A stretch of DNA of 64,000 nt, taken from positions 201,004,001-201,068,000 of the forward strand of contig OX597815.1 in NCBI GenBank assembly GCA_951406725.2. The letters are read 5' to 3'. The translations under genes were made by a program, and so were the position numbers. This stretch comes from Octopus vulgaris (lineage: Eukaryota). The notes under the pieces are model-generated. The model made no database searches. It worked only from the letters and a program-made list of their open reading frames with translations, and was not told the origin of the DNA. Shown here piece after piece: positions 41,573 to 57,405 of this stretch. Within the stretch, counting starts at the first letter, position 1. Each line of letters opens with the position of its first letter.

Positions 41573-42464
41573 CTGTGTCTGTGTCTGTGTCTGTGTGTAT
41601 AAAATTAGATATTAAAACTTTTTAAAATTCTATCTACCTGTGTAAAATTACTACGCGTAATCAAGTGTATTTTTATATTGGAAGCGCATCTTCCCAGTTA
41701 TCTAAAAGAATTTCTAATCATTAATCTACATTTAGGGATAGTAATAAACGTAACAGTACAGGGCTTAGTAAATTAATTTGGGATCTAAGCAATGTACAAC
41801 CGTATCAACAAATAAATTCGTATGTAAATTACAAGCCCTCCTAAATCCGTAACTAAACTGACAACTCTTAAGTCATGAAATATTATAATCCCTACCGTTT
41901 TCTGTAGTGTAATATAAAAGTAAATCTTAAAGACCGCATTAATCTATCAATCAATATATAGGCAGGATTAAACACTAACCTTACTAAAACTACAACTCGA
42001 GACATTTAAATTAATGAACATTGTATTGGCATTAATAATAAACTGCAATAACTAAATTATTTGCTAAATTGCGATACATCTTTAAGTCAATATATATAAT
42101 AATCCTACCGGTCTTCCATAGATATTAATATAATGTAAGTTCTTTCCTTATAAAATATTTCAAAACAAATCACGATTTAACTAATATGTTCATATGTGAA
42201 ATACATTATTTCATCATTCAAAAGTTAATAATATAACACCGACATTCTCATTAATATATCACCACTACAAGTTATAATATTAAATTGCCGGTGACTAATA
42301 TACACTCAAATTTCATTAAATATGAACTAAGAAATGTAGGTGTAATAAACTAATATTATAAGCTGTGCTATCTTTAAAGCTAATTAAACTGTTTAAAAAC
42401 GATACAACTGTTTAAAACAAACAATACTACTACATATACACGTATGTCTGGGTGTGTGTGTGTG

Positions 42465-42660
42465 TTTCTGTCTGTGTTTGTACCACCAACATCGAAATTA
42501 TAGTGTTTATATCTCAGTTACTTAACCGTTTGGCAAGATATTTAACAGAATAAGTACTAGGCTTACAAAGAATAAATCATGGCGTCGATTTCTTTTGCTA
42601 AAGGCGGTGCTCCAGCATGTCTGCAGTCACATCACCGAAACAAATAAAATGATAAAAAAA
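42465..42660 (+). mobile_element. SINE family A 3' half, decayed
   Basis: agaataagtactaggcttacaaagaataa...aaggcggtgctccagcatg. Confidence 0.8.
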
Positions 42661-42976
42661 AATATGCAATATTAATCCCAAGCAGCGCAGCGTATCTATG
42701 CTCATGTATTCATATATTTATATATATGTATGTATGAATGTTTGTATAGAAAATTAATATTACACCATAGCCGCATTTAGTGATATTTGTAATTGGCGAA
42801 ACATTGCAAACTGTAGTTTATATTATTTATTTTAATTATATATATATATATAAGAATGTGTGTATGTATATGTTTGTGTGTATTATATATATACATATAT
42901 TAACTTTTACCTTCTACATATTTCAGTCATATGCCCGCGGCCCCATTACTTACATGTTGTTTTATCTTTAGATATC

Positions 42977-43038
<62 letters not shown>

Positions 43039-44227
43039 GTTTTGGGTTGCCACTATGATGATCGAACTTAAACCACATCAGTACCGATAAAGCATTTATT
43101 CGTTTGATTTATATTTTTAGAATATGGCTCTACCATCAGAGAATATTTGAGAATGTCCATTCATATAATAGAATAGCTTATGACCAGTTTGGTTAGTTAT
43201 ATAAAATTAAGAAAGAAGTAAATATTTTCTTCTTTAACAATGGAAGCACTATGGAACAACGTTATAAGAAAACAAATTACGATAATTAAATAACAATTTT
43301 ATTTTGGCAATCATCCGAATACGCTCGTATTGCTAAATTGCCATGCCAAAACCTTCGTCTTGCTCACTACAACATATCTACGAATTTCCTGTCCTAATGA
43401 CAGAGAGATTTTCCTGATAGTTAAGGTATTTCTAAAGATTATGTCGCAATTTTAATTATCTAAATAGTCGCCTTGAAGTGTGTCAGTTTTGTCATTTCGC
43501 CATGAAAAAAACCCAAAAACACAGTACGGTTAGTGATTTGGACTTAGGTCAAAGGCATTGCGATATGTCCTTAGGTAAAAGACTTATCTCTATTTGAATC
43601 AGGTGTAGTACAGAAGATGAGAGCTATTAAACGATGCAGAATGATATGATGATAACTAATGAGGAATTCAATGCATTATCCCTTGAACACTAAAACCATT
43701 TTGGCAAAAAAATTGTCTTTAATCGTGTAGAGGTAAATATGTAAATCTGCCAAATTTTAAGCATCAAAGAACGATCAGCTATCTCTTCAGCTTCTGGTCA
43801 ACACAGTAATTTTATATCATACATTTTTTAGTGAATTTCTAAATCTGTAAATATTAGCACATTGACCTGTTAAATTTTGATTCATGTCAAATATTGTTTT
43901 TAATAATTTTAAGATGAATTGGCAAAGAATTGCATTATGTTTATTTAGACATTATATATTCGATATTTTATGCTCACTTTAACCACTTGGGGTTCAATGA
44001 TTTCAGTTTTCTTATAGTTGTTAGTTGGATATTTTTAGAAAAATATATCGGACACAAGGTGTGTTCATTAGAAGAGAAAGTTCAAATCAAAATGTCAGGG
44101 TATCAAATATATGTGAACTGTTGTGAACTTTACGAAAACTATTTGTGCTTTTTCATATAAACACAGCGGATTATAACAGTATTAGAATACAATTAGAATA
44201 TTCGTTCTCAATATTTGGTTCGGAATA

Positions 44228-44436
44228 AGACAGCGATCTGGCAGAATCGTTAGCAGACCGGGCAAAATGCTTAGCAACATTTCGTACGTCTTAACGTTCT
44301 GAGATCAAATTCTGCCGAGGTCGGCGTTGTTTTTCATCCTTATGTCGTCAATAAAGAGTACATGTGGACAATGGTGGCGATGCAGTCAAATTAATCACTC
44401 CCTCAAACCAGCTGGCCTTGAGCCATATTTTGAAAT
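44228..44436 (+). mobile_element. SINE family B, decayed
   Basis: ctggcagaatcgttagc...tcaaattctgccgaggtcg. Another copy lies at 45797-45997 (-). Confidence 0.75.
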
Positions 44437-44920
44437 GAATATTTTATTCGGAATAGGGAATTGCTTCATAATTATTATGATCAATGCGTGAGCACGTCTA
44501 AAATAAACACAAATTCACACTTATATTTAAGCTTAAGCGCCAAGTATAATTTACATATTATGACATATTCATCTGATGGATTTGTCTTTTGAAATATCGG
44601 ATTAAATAAACATATATAGGAATAAATACTTCGACACTTATTAACCCATTATAAAGCAACAAGATAACACAAACACATACACCTAAATTCCCACAACTAC
44701 ACATATATGCCCATATCCGTGTACGAGTGGGTACTGAAATGTTCCTGACTTTGTGTAAATCAAAATATAGGAGGATTAGTTAATTTATTCAACATATTCC
44801 CCTCTCAAATTGGTAATAAGAAAATGAGATGACAAAGTAATACAAGATTATTTTATGGTCTTCATTAGTTTGCAGAGAGCAAAAACAGCTATAAATTAAT
44901 GAATTTCATCTCATTTTCTT

Positions 44921-44953
<33 letters not shown>

Positions 44954-45223
44954 CATATGTATGTACGTATGTGTGTCTGTTTCTATGTGTGTGAGCGTGT
45001 GAGTGTCATTGTGTGTATGTGTGTATATGTGAATATACGTATGTATGTATATTCTTTCATACATTTATGCTTTTCAGCACACAGGCAGTGGTCGTGTTGG
45101 AGCACCGTCAGCACTATCACCTTTCCAATGATCATTGGATATGTTATATATTCATATACATATTCGAGTATAAACATGCCATTATTATTGCACTATATAG
45201 ATGCATATAATAATAATAATAAT

Positions 45224-45313
<90 letters not shown>

Positions 45314-45318
45314 TATTA

Positions 45319-45795
<477 letters not shown>

Positions 45796-45994
45796 GTTTC
45801 AAATTTTGCCACAAGGGCAGCCATTTTGGAGGAGGAGATGAGTCAATTATATCGACTTCAGTGTTTAAATGGTACTTATTTTAACGACCCCGAAAGGTTG
45901 AAAGGCTAAGTTGACCTCGGTGGAATTTGAATTCAGATCGGAGCGTCGGGCCAAATACCGCAATACTGCTAAGCATTTCGTTCAGCTGGCCACC

Positions 45995-46038
<44 letters not shown>

Positions 46039-46039
<1 letters not shown>

Positions 46040-46127
46040 GAGCATCACAACAAATCACAGCACATACCCAAGGCACACAGAGCTGCGCTCGGTAGTGAAG
46101 TGAAAGCACGCTATAAAAATAAAACTA

Positions 46128-46130
<3 letters not shown>
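46039..46130 (+). mobile_element. R4/Dong-like 3'UTR-only insertion within (TAA)n
   Basis: Essentially identical to 45601-45698. Confidence 0.9.
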
Positions 46131-46192
<62 letters not shown>

Positions 46193-46427
46193 TAATAAAG
46201 ACTTATTATCGCCGTGTAAACAACATGCATTCATGAATTTATTTAATTATAATTTCTTTAAATACATGTATTTTTTAAATACACGTGAATTTGCGTGTGT
46301 AATCTGGGAATGCATAAAATGAGCTTTTCTGCCCTAGGTGTACGGAAAATACTGGGCGAGAAACGGAAGAAAATTTGAAAAAAGAAGGAAAATAATAATA
46401 ATGATGATGATGATGATGATTATGATG

Positions 46428-46903
<476 letters not shown>

Positions 46904-46994
46904 AATAATAATAATAATAATAATAATATTCAGGCAATAATCTGATAGATCTGTGTCGGCAAGAATTGAAAAAATATGGAAAAAAGTGAAAGGG

Positions 46995-47290
46995 TATGGG
47001 GAACTTGCCGTGAGGAGTGGAATATCCAACATTTCGGATTCAATCCTTCGTCAGGGGGCAGAGAATAAAAGAAGAAAAGGTGAAAATGTCAATCAGAGTT
47101 TACATCCTCTAAGCTTGAAAAACTCGCTGCCCGTGTTATTCTGTGTCCATTATCAGTTGCAGCCAGTTTCTCAAGCTGACAGAATGTGAATTCTGACATA
47201 CTCTCTTTTTTTTCTGTGTTTCTCTGCCCTTTGATGAAGGATTGAATCAGAAACGTTGGATATTCTACTCCTCACAGCAAGTTAACCGTA
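46995..47290. mobile_element. Foldback element with two outward-reading hammerhead motifs
   Basis: Arms about 46995-47130 and 47159-47290. Minus: CUGACGA a GGAU uga AUCC GAAA UG UU (47026-47058). Plus: UUGAUGA a GGAUUGAAUCA GAAA CG UU (47228-47259). Confidence 0.8.
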
Positions 47291-47379
47291 CTTGTTAAAA
47301 TTATAAACAACTTATAGATTAGGGCAAACGAAAAAATTAGGCATTAGAAATTTTTTCCTTTGCTCTTATTTTTATAAGT

Positions 47380-47457
<78 letters not shown>

Positions 47458-47460
47458 TAA

Positions 47461-47571
<111 letters not shown>

Positions 47572-47779
47572 TACGTGCGTGTTTCCTTGAATATAAAATT
47601 AAATGTTGAAAGTTTTCAGCAGTGAGGATCAAGTAAGTATATGTGAATACAAACGCGTAATATGAATACTGGTGATTTGGGATTTCACCATCGAACCTCA
47701 GAGATTAAGTAATAGCCGAACGATAACGTGTGAATGTGTGTGTGTGTATATATTATGTACATACACACACATGTATGTA

Positions 47780-47828
<49 letters not shown>

Positions 47829-48388
47829 GCATACATATATGTATACACATATATATATATACACACCTACGCATATGTACACATCTACACACACCAATGC
47901 GTTATTGTTTATGTACATGCATATTCATGCTACATTCCAACATCAAAATACACCGTGTCCATATAGAAAGCTGAATACAGTATGAAAATCATGACTACCG
48001 AGCAACTTAACCTTATTTCCCTGTGGCTTCCGATGCATTCGGAATATTAACAACGACACTTATCTGTACCTATATTATACGTGTTCTTGATCAGTTCCGA
48101 CTCTTATTTCAAGGTTTTTAAGTCCATTCACGTACATTTAAGTTATGCTTCAATGATTTATATTCGCCATATGAAATTTACAACATATTTACTTTGTGGT
48201 TTTTATATTTATTACATGTACACATCTACTTTTAAGTCCACGTGTGCATATTCGATTTATTGAAGCAATTCAATTCCTTTCCGAAACAACATCAAAGTAT
48301 TCTCATGCACTTTTCATACATGCACATATATACACACACATATATCGGATTAAAAACACGCATACGTACAAGCGTATAGTTATGTACA

Positions 48389-48453
<65 letters not shown>

Positions 48454-49922
48454 GACATACATATTAGAAGATATTAGAAGACGCACAGTATATAAGTGTG
48501 AATCGATACTTAGACATACACACACCCATATACATTTATATCCAAGTATGTATGATGGAATTGGTATCGCAGTGAGTGTGGCATTAAAATGTACAGACCA
48601 AGATAACTCTTGAATGACTTCAATAGATAGCAGTTTGGGCAATTAATAATATAGCATGACACTTCAAAACAATCATAAGCAAGGTCCATTCATACACATG
48701 TAGATGAATAAAATCCTGTTTAAAATTTGGATTTCACTTGTGCTTACTCTTGTAGAATTATATTAGCAGACCTCGTCGTTCTTTCCACAATAGCGCTTCT
48801 TTTCTGAAACACACCTGACAAGTAGTATTGTACCTATTGTGAACGATTTACAATACCTGATTTATTCTTCAAATCTTTTATGGGCGCATTACAATAAATA
48901 AAAAGAAAGTGAATCATACGTCATTATGAGTTGTAACTGAGCTGTGGAATTGCTTTGTGTAATTATATTGCATGTCACATTTGTTCCATTGACCTAGGTG
49001 GTTGGGTTTTGATATGCATAATGAAAACAGGTTACAGCTGCTTTTACATAATCAATGTTCGATGAATTCAAGCTTGTAGTGGATTTCTCTTGCAAGAATC
49101 GCAGTAATCACAGCATTTTTACTTGGTATATTTTACATAATGCAAGAAACAAAAAAAAACTTCATAATATCACTTCGAGCGAAAACTGATTTTGCAAATA
49201 TAGACATATATAAACACGGTCATATATATATATATATCTGGTATAAAAGATCGTGGGTAAGGCCAAGACAATGCGAAGTAAATGCTAGGTAAACCACACG
49301 AAAAATCTCATTGTTTCCAAAGACCTCTTCGTACACGAAATATCGTACTTTAAGTGCTGGCTCTAAATTGTTTTCAAATTCTCTAGGGTTAAGCTTTAGA
49401 ATATGTATATGTGTGTGTGTGTGCAGTCAAATATATATACATACATATATACACACACATATGTATGTTCCTTGCGTGTGTGTGTGAGTGTGTGAATGTG
49501 AGTGTGTATGTGTATGTGTGTGTGTCTGTGGTTGTGTGTCTCCTTGTCAATTGTCTGATCATTATAGTGGAAGAAAACAGTGAGTAATTGAAAGCATTTA
49601 CGCTCAAAATTTGAAATAGTGCAGCACTATAATCTGTGAAAGGAAAACATTGATAAAATAATTTGGATATTGTAAAAAGTAATATATATATAAAACTATA
49701 AGAATAAAATATTCTTTCTATATAATAAAAAGAAACTATATTTTTTCGCGAAAAAAACATTTATCATAATTTTACTAGCGTAAATTCTATCAAAACACAG
49801 CTTGACGTGTTGTTATATCATGGATTTAAGTTAATAAAAACTTTTTGGTTAAAATCAAACCTAAATATGCCCTCTTTATCCATATTTCTCTTCCACCATG
49901 TCTCTCCCCTTCTACATACACA

Positions 49923-49962
<40 letters not shown>

Positions 49963-50675
49963 TACACATATGCACGCACTAATACACAACTTATAATTAT
50001 GTGTGTTTGTATTTGTATGTATTCATGTGAATACGCACTTATATTTTTACATAGATATGTTGGGTATGTGCATTTATGAATGTAAGTATATATGTATATA
50101 TAGTTATATACATGTATATGGTGAGCAGCGTTCGCTAAGATTCTGTGTGCTCCATCTTTGCCGTCTGAGTGAAATGTTTATTGAAAGTAGCGGAACGGAC
50201 CTAATTTAAATATGCGTTTTTTTTAATTTCCCTCTGGTTTTATATTGCAATAAAACGTGGAGATTCGGATATAATGCAGTGAGTACTGCGTTGTACATTT
50301 TGACTTCAAATTGAACAGTAATTCCCTATTTATGGTGTTCTCTTCCAGTTTTGTAATCTTAGCCATAATGTCTATCTCTGTATGATCTATGACACGCAGA
50401 AATCACTTGGTTGGTCGATGTACAAATTTGATCTAAAGTCGTCTTAAACAATACATTGCGTAAATTAGTTCGGCTCTTAATATTCTGAGTTCAAATACCG
50501 CGACAACAACACATATGAAACAACAAGTTGAAGTTAAATATTTCGTAAATAACGAAGGAATATATATATATATCTGTACACATACATACACACACACATA
50601 TATATATATATATATATTACTGAGATGTACTTGCATAGCATGTGATCTGATCAGAGAACGTGTGCTGAAACATAA

Positions 50676-50857
50676 GGAAGGAGTTTATAAGTCATTTAAA
50701 AAACACACAAAAACCGTTATCTTCACTTCAACATCTAAATTTCAGTGAACAGAGCGCAGTCTCAAAGCGAAGAATATATTTTGACAAATTAAATTTAAAT
50801 GCTGAAATGAGTCGAACGGATTTTGTGTGCTTTTCAAATGGCTTATAAACACCTTCC
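50676..50857. mobile_element. Foldback element between TA tracts; the loop holds a decayed hammerhead-like motif
   Basis: Arms 50676-50742 and 50791-50857. Loop reads tca GTGAACA gag CGC agtctcaaa GCG aa GAAT atatt t tga. Confidence 0.65.
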
Positions 50858-53800
50858 ACGCAGCAATTGTTTTTGTATATATATATATGGACTGTTGCTA
50901 CTGAAGAGCTTAGAGGTCCACGCAGGTCATAATCATGTATTCTGTTTCCAGTGTAGTAGTTTGGTTTTTAATGTTGTTGTCTATGATATACTGAGCAAAT
51001 GTTAAAGATGTTGTGATAAACCTTTATATAATTTGTTCCCTACTTACTTTTCACGAATATCTGTATTACAATATAATGTTTCTCAAGATGAGTTTTCGCG
51101 GTTTACCATGTATGAACCATGCAATGTAAATGTTGCTAATAAGCACAATGGCAAAACGTACGTAGAGTAAAAATAATATAAACTTCTGTTCATCATAACG
51201 TCTCGCACACACTTACTCAGCACCCTTACGCACATCCATACACGGATATACATATGAAAATATATCACTTTTACTGCCTTCAAAAGTCATTGTACTAAAT
51301 AGGGCAGCTATGAAATACATTAGCAAAAATTAGCATTTCACATATTTGACAAACTGAGGCAATATTGTCGCATTCTTTTGATATTAACCAGTAATGATTT
51401 AATGCCGTATCACAGATTTTCTTAACCTTTTTGTCGTAACACTGCTTTTGTTGAACGAACAAATGCCCTAGTATATGATGACCTGCCGAAATGTTTGAAG
51501 GCCATCATTATTTTGGCGACAAATTAAACAATATTAATTTCATTTTCACTACTAGACACACTTCACCTTTGATATTGGAAATAATATGCAAAATATAATC
51601 ATAAAATGAACGTAATATATAATTTACTTTCAAGTTTCTGTGTTACTTTGATGAAGCAATGGTTTAATGGCCTGTCTGCTGCAACGAATATTTTCATCTG
51701 TTTGGCACTTTCATATTTCACATTAATATCAATGCTTGTTCTTTGCATCATCCTATGTAAATATCGCAGGTAATGTTATTCATATCATTCTGGATAAAGT
51801 GTTTATACGAGATCTTTATGCCATCTAATATGTTATCTAATTTGATATTGATTTACTCATTTTTCAGAGCCCACCTTTATTCTCTTTGAGGTAAAACTCA
51901 TCTCTCGCAGAAATTATCGAAGTAAGTACCCCAGGCACTGATATCACAACAATTTAGTTCGTGTATTGTGATAATATTCACTGGGTCCAGAAAGAGATAT
52001 TAATACTACTTTAGAAGAATTATTTTACGTCAGAAGATTCAAGTTCGCAGTCATTCAATTTTTCAGCAAATGTATTATTATTACAATATATTTTAATCGC
52101 TCGCTTGTAAAGATGAGCATTTTATGCATTCATATTTCTTGAATCTCTAATCTAATTCCTGTTCTTCTGTATTATGTCATTTTTCAGATTATATCGTTCA
52201 AAACTTTAATGAAATTTAATCATCACTAAATAACTTAATTACTTATAAAATACCGAATTCAATTTAAAATGTGCACATTAAACAATTCTTGAAATTTAGT
52301 TGGGAAGCAAAATCAATTATATTGGTCATTACCTGCCTACATGCGAGATAGGTAACACATGACGATTACATCGTATATTGCAACATACGGAAAATCATTA
52401 GTTGTCAAAAAATCTACAACAATTCAATTCCGTGCTCCAGAATGACTGCAGTTTAATGACTGAAACAAGTAAAAGACAAAGATAAAAGGAAGGATTTCTG
52501 AATTTCTATTTGATTAGACTTCAAATCCAGTCAATTTGTCTGTCATCCTCATGGGCTCGCCAAGTAGTAGTAAAATATAATGGTTTATTCTCATAATTTT
52601 TACTGCCGTCTTTTCTAATATATGTACAATATTGTACGGACAAAATAAATCAGTAATTAGGTAGCCTATTGCACTTGAATCTTATATCATTTTCTGTTTT
52701 GAAAATATATTTTTTACTATAACAGTTAGCATATTACAATGGAAAAGTCAGTATTCAGAAAATTGATAAGGAACCTAAATCTAAAATAACAACCAGAATG
52801 TGTTTGAAACATTATCAAGTCAATTTTACAAAATAGAACGACTAGTATAATGTTGCCAATCAATGCATCATATCCCTTGGGATAATTGGAAAATTTCCTG
52901 TCAAGGAAAAGTTTCATAACTAAGATAAATGATAATTTACTAATAAAATTATATTTACGTTTATCCCCCCATCACGTCTTTTTCTCATTTGGTAATATTT
53001 GTCAAGTTTTGATGCCTTTCCAGGTTTCTGTGAAATTTCAATTTAATCTACCCAATTATTTTGAGAGGAAACGAGAAAAGAGATCGCTTACTAAAACTAT
53101 TATATGGAAGATAATATAGGCTTATATGTTTTTGATAAATGGAACCCAATCACCCATTTCAAATATATCTGAATCAGTATTTCTATTGTATCTCAGAATC
53201 TACATAGCTAAACCATATCCAACGCAATTTGATACCCACTTATATGTCCATTAAATACTAACTGTTAAAGCGTTATATATTTTGGGATCCTGTTTACCTA
53301 ATCAGATGATAATAATATTAGATTATACACATATTTTGGCTAAATAATTCCTTCTCCGTAAGCTACGTTGATTCGACAGTAGATAACGAATCGCTAGAGA
53401 AAACAACTGCTGAGTATTTCTGATCATATTCCTATACATATATTTGAACATGAATTTGCTGTTGATTTATATAGTTTTTGCCTATATAATTATTCCAATC
53501 ATGCCAATAAACTTTCATTCATATAAAATATGTAGCCACGGAAGTTCTACATCTTAAATATTTGCCGACTGTATGGGAATATGAATGATTCACTATAGCT
53601 GCATTTCCATGATCACTTATGCCTATAGTTATTTGATATCACTTCTATACTGAATAATGACTTTAGTAAACTTTAAGTTGAAGAAGAAACGAAAATCATC
53701 ATTGAAAAATAGTTACACATGTTCATCAAACATTTAAAATTTTGCATTATATCATTAACATAAACAATTTCGTAAACTGGTTTTTGTTAATTATATCTGA

Positions 53801-54030
53801 TATAGGTATCAGATGTTTAATATACAATCGATTCAACTGCAGTTAATTTATAATCAGTATCAGTAAGTTGTTGTTACGCATTATCCCCTTATATTCAATA
53901 TTGTCCTGGTGAGGGTAATCACACACGCATATGAAGAATGTAAGGCGATAATATAGCGCAAAGCGAAAATCAGTGATTTCGAACTGTAATCCAAACATGA
54001 AAGAGATTTCAAATATCATAATCAAGAGCC

Positions 54031-54083
<53 letters not shown>

Positions 54084-54084
54084 T

Positions 54085-54257
54085 ACACGGCAGAGCAGGC
54101 GTCTGTAAGTTTCCATCTAACACATCCACTCACAAGGCTTTCGTCGGCCCGAGGCGTTAGTATAGAAGACACATGGACAAGGTGCCACGCAGTGGACTCA
54201 ATCCGGTTCCATGTGATTGAGAAGCAAGCTTCTTGCCACAGAGCCGCCGCTACGCCT
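54085..54257 (-). mobile_element. SINE family A 5' half, decayed
   Basis: Reverse complement of the head at 22781-22940 (ccactcacaaggctt, aaggtgccacgcagtgg). Confidence 0.8.
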
Positions 54258-54932
54258 TTATATCGTTTATCGGTATATGCATATGCTAAAGTGTGGTTTC
54301 ATCTACATCTATGAATGGTGGTGCATGTTTGTATGTGTCGGTGTTAACCACGTTTGCATACATACATAAAAGCGTATGTAGGCATGTTCGGCTTTAAAAT
54401 CGATAGAAATCATTTTCCGATATATTTAGTTATAAAACTGCTGATAAACACGTAAAAGCTGACGAACAAATGTGCATAGATGAAATATGCACAAAATAGC
54501 GACGAATCTAATGTAGAACATTCATAACATAAATCAGACTCAATCAAATAGCAGCATATTTTTACTTTAAGTACTCAATATTCTCCTTTGGCGAGTTTCC
54601 TATTTTCGGGATATATCTAACAAGACACCCTTGCTATGATCATATAAGCATTCGTACATATCTTATGCGTTACAAGAATCGATGTCAAACCATCAGCTCA
54701 GAATTGTATATCATGACGTATAATTTACAATATGTACAAAATCAAGATTGTAGAAGTGGAGATTCGATAAAATCAAGGCACATTTTTTAAACATATTCTT
54801 AAATTATAAATAATGATAGTTATCACTGACGCTGGAGAAATTGTGCATGCAAAGTGACAAGATAAAATGTTTTGTGAAGCACCGAAACGAATCAGTCATC
54901 AACAAATGGAATGTATACCGTTAGTATATATA

Positions 54933-56217
54933 TTGTGTTGGCAACTAAGTTCCAGCCGTTTTTCTTTTAATTAAAATTTTTTTAAAGGTTTCATAACAAA
55001 TAAAAACTAATTAACCAATAATATATTTACCCTTGTTGTTTACAACTTCTTCCCAAATTTCAACAAGATTTTCAACACCTCGTTGGTAGAAATCACTCGA
55101 TTTCGACTCGAACAATTGATCCAATCAAGTTCTCAATTCTGCATCAGTATTGAACGAAACTCCGCGCATATCAGTTGAAAGAGGTGGAGATCCGTTGGTA
55201 CCAAATCAGGAAAATACGGTGGTTATTGCAGCACTTCCCAGCCGTGTGTTTGAATGGTCTCCTCAGTCATATTGACTTTATGAGGGCGGACGTTGACGTG
55301 CATCAGAAGAACTCCATGCTGCCGATTAGGCCTTTTCTCTTGAATAGACGTATTGAGTCGTTCCATCTTTTTAACATAGAGTTCCACGTTGACCGTTTAG
55401 TTCCGTTCAAGCAATTTGTAATGGATAATCCCTTCCCAGTCACACCATACGCACAACATCGTTTTACGCGGATGAAGTTCTTGTTTCACGCGCGGTGTCG
55501 CTTGTTTACCGGGGCTAAGTCGTTCCTTACACTGCATCATATTGATGTACAGGAGTCATCTTTCGTCGCCAGTAACGATTCAGAAAAGAAATCATTGCTT
55601 GTGTCCATGAGATGAGCGGTTACAAGCAAGCAAACCCGCGGATATTGTGGCTCGTTGATTTTTGTTGTTGTTACTTAATGCATGCGGAACCCATGCTCCA
55701 TACTTCTGAACATTTCCCATAGAGTGAAGATGCTTCTCTATAGCAGTGTGGGAGCATTCCATTTTCTCTGTCAGTTCCCTAGACGTTTGAAGAGAGTTTC
55801 TTTGCAAAAGTTGGTTTAATTGCTCTTCATCGAATTCAACTGGACGGCCAGAGCGGGTTGCGTTTTGCGGTAAAAATTTCCATCTTTGAACTTAGCATAC
55901 CAATCACGAGTGGTTATTTCAGCTATGGCACCCTCTCGATACACAGCACAAATGTTGCGGGCAGCTTTTGCGGCCTTAGAACCTTGATTAAAAGCAAAAA
56001 GTAGGAGGTATCGAAAATGCTCGTTTTCTGAAATTGGCACTTCATTTTAATGATGCGAAAATAAACAAATAGTAACTAAAATTAACTAGAAAAAAAAAAG
56101 ATTCCAAAATGATTCAAAAATAGAATTCTCGAAAGAAAAAAATAGATTCCAGAATTTAAAAACGCAATAAATTCCAAAATTTAAAACAAAACGGCAGGTT
56201 CTTTGTTGCCAACCCAA
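54933..56217 (-). mobile_element. Full-length decayed mariner DNA transposon
   Basis: TIRs ttgtgttggcaactaagttccagccgtttt / aaaacggcaggttctttgttgccaacccaa, TA on both sides, about 1285 bp. Transposase remnants EHFRYLLLFAF, GAWVPHAL (WVPHEL) and YFPDLVPTD (YSPDLAP.D). Frameshifted. Confidence 0.93.
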
Positions 56218-57230
56218 TATATATATATATACATATATATGCACGCGTGCGCGCGTATTCGGAAATTGCAATGCGATGAAAAGCATTATCGTCTTCTATA
56301 CACTTAGAAGCAAGGTCTCAGGTACTCACATATATACATAAAATACAGAAACATATAAACACTCACACATATAGTTAATAGCCATGAAAATGCCACAGAA
56401 AGAAAAGAAATTGAACCATATTGTTATTAGGTTAATGCATAAATTCGTGTGTGTTATTTGTGTAATTATGTGGAATAAGAATTTTGATTGATGCAAAGAA
56501 AAATCAGAGCCCATGTTAATTTATGATGTTAATGTTGATTCTAAAATTCTACATTTCAAGAGATAAGAAGTGAGAGACGAAACTACGAGTCTGAGATTAC
56601 ATTCTAGCATCACTTTGCTAGTTAGTGCATAAATTGCGGTCAAATAAGAAGGCAGTCACTCATCAGAGGTGGCGAACCTGGAAGTTTGAGGTGTCAGAGC
56701 GTAATTAGAAAGCAGCAAGGAAGATAGTGAAGTCAAAATTGAATTGTAAATCTCACTAAAATGATGTCCGAAATACATTAAACAAATTTATCTAATGCCC
56801 CCCTAAAATTTGACTTTTAGAGTTAATGTTGAATGCATATTCATAAATTAAAAATATTGATAAATATTGATAAATCATGGGCACTTAGGAATGCAATTGA
56901 AGAGAAATACAATAAAACGGTCATCAAAATTTTTAGGGTAGTACTATACGATTCTTTGGAGCAACGCTCGTTTACTATTGTGTAATTAAAAAAAAAAAAC
57001 AAATATTAATAACGACTGCCAAACCAAACGGATGTATGATTCTGAGAAATTACATCCGATGGGATATGAGGTGGTCGATCATTAGTATGATAGCCAGAAG
57101 ATGGTATGAGAAGAGATATATCTTAACAGTTCATATGCTGCTAGTTGAAAGAAGCGTTAAATAAAACTGTACAACAGATAAGACGGAGGACTGGAATATT
57201 GATGTAACTTGCTATATGAATATAATATAA

Positions 57231-57272
<42 letters not shown>

Positions 57273-57273
57273 C

Positions 57274-57405
57274 TATATTTCGGAATAGTCATTATGCCAG
57301 TTTAGCCAATAAAAACACACGCACTATATATTTGGTGTTATTTTGCTTCAGTGTTATTTATTTTTTACATTAATCTTAATCTTATTTCGGCCATTCCGAA
57401 ATATA
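57274..57405. repeat. Small element with 17-bp imperfect inverted ends, near (TA)n
   Basis: tatatttcggaatagtc versus ggccattccgaaatata. Confidence 0.55.

Noticed and set aside
55175-55615. 146-aa plus-strand ORF
   Set aside because: Antisense to the mariner transposase remnant.
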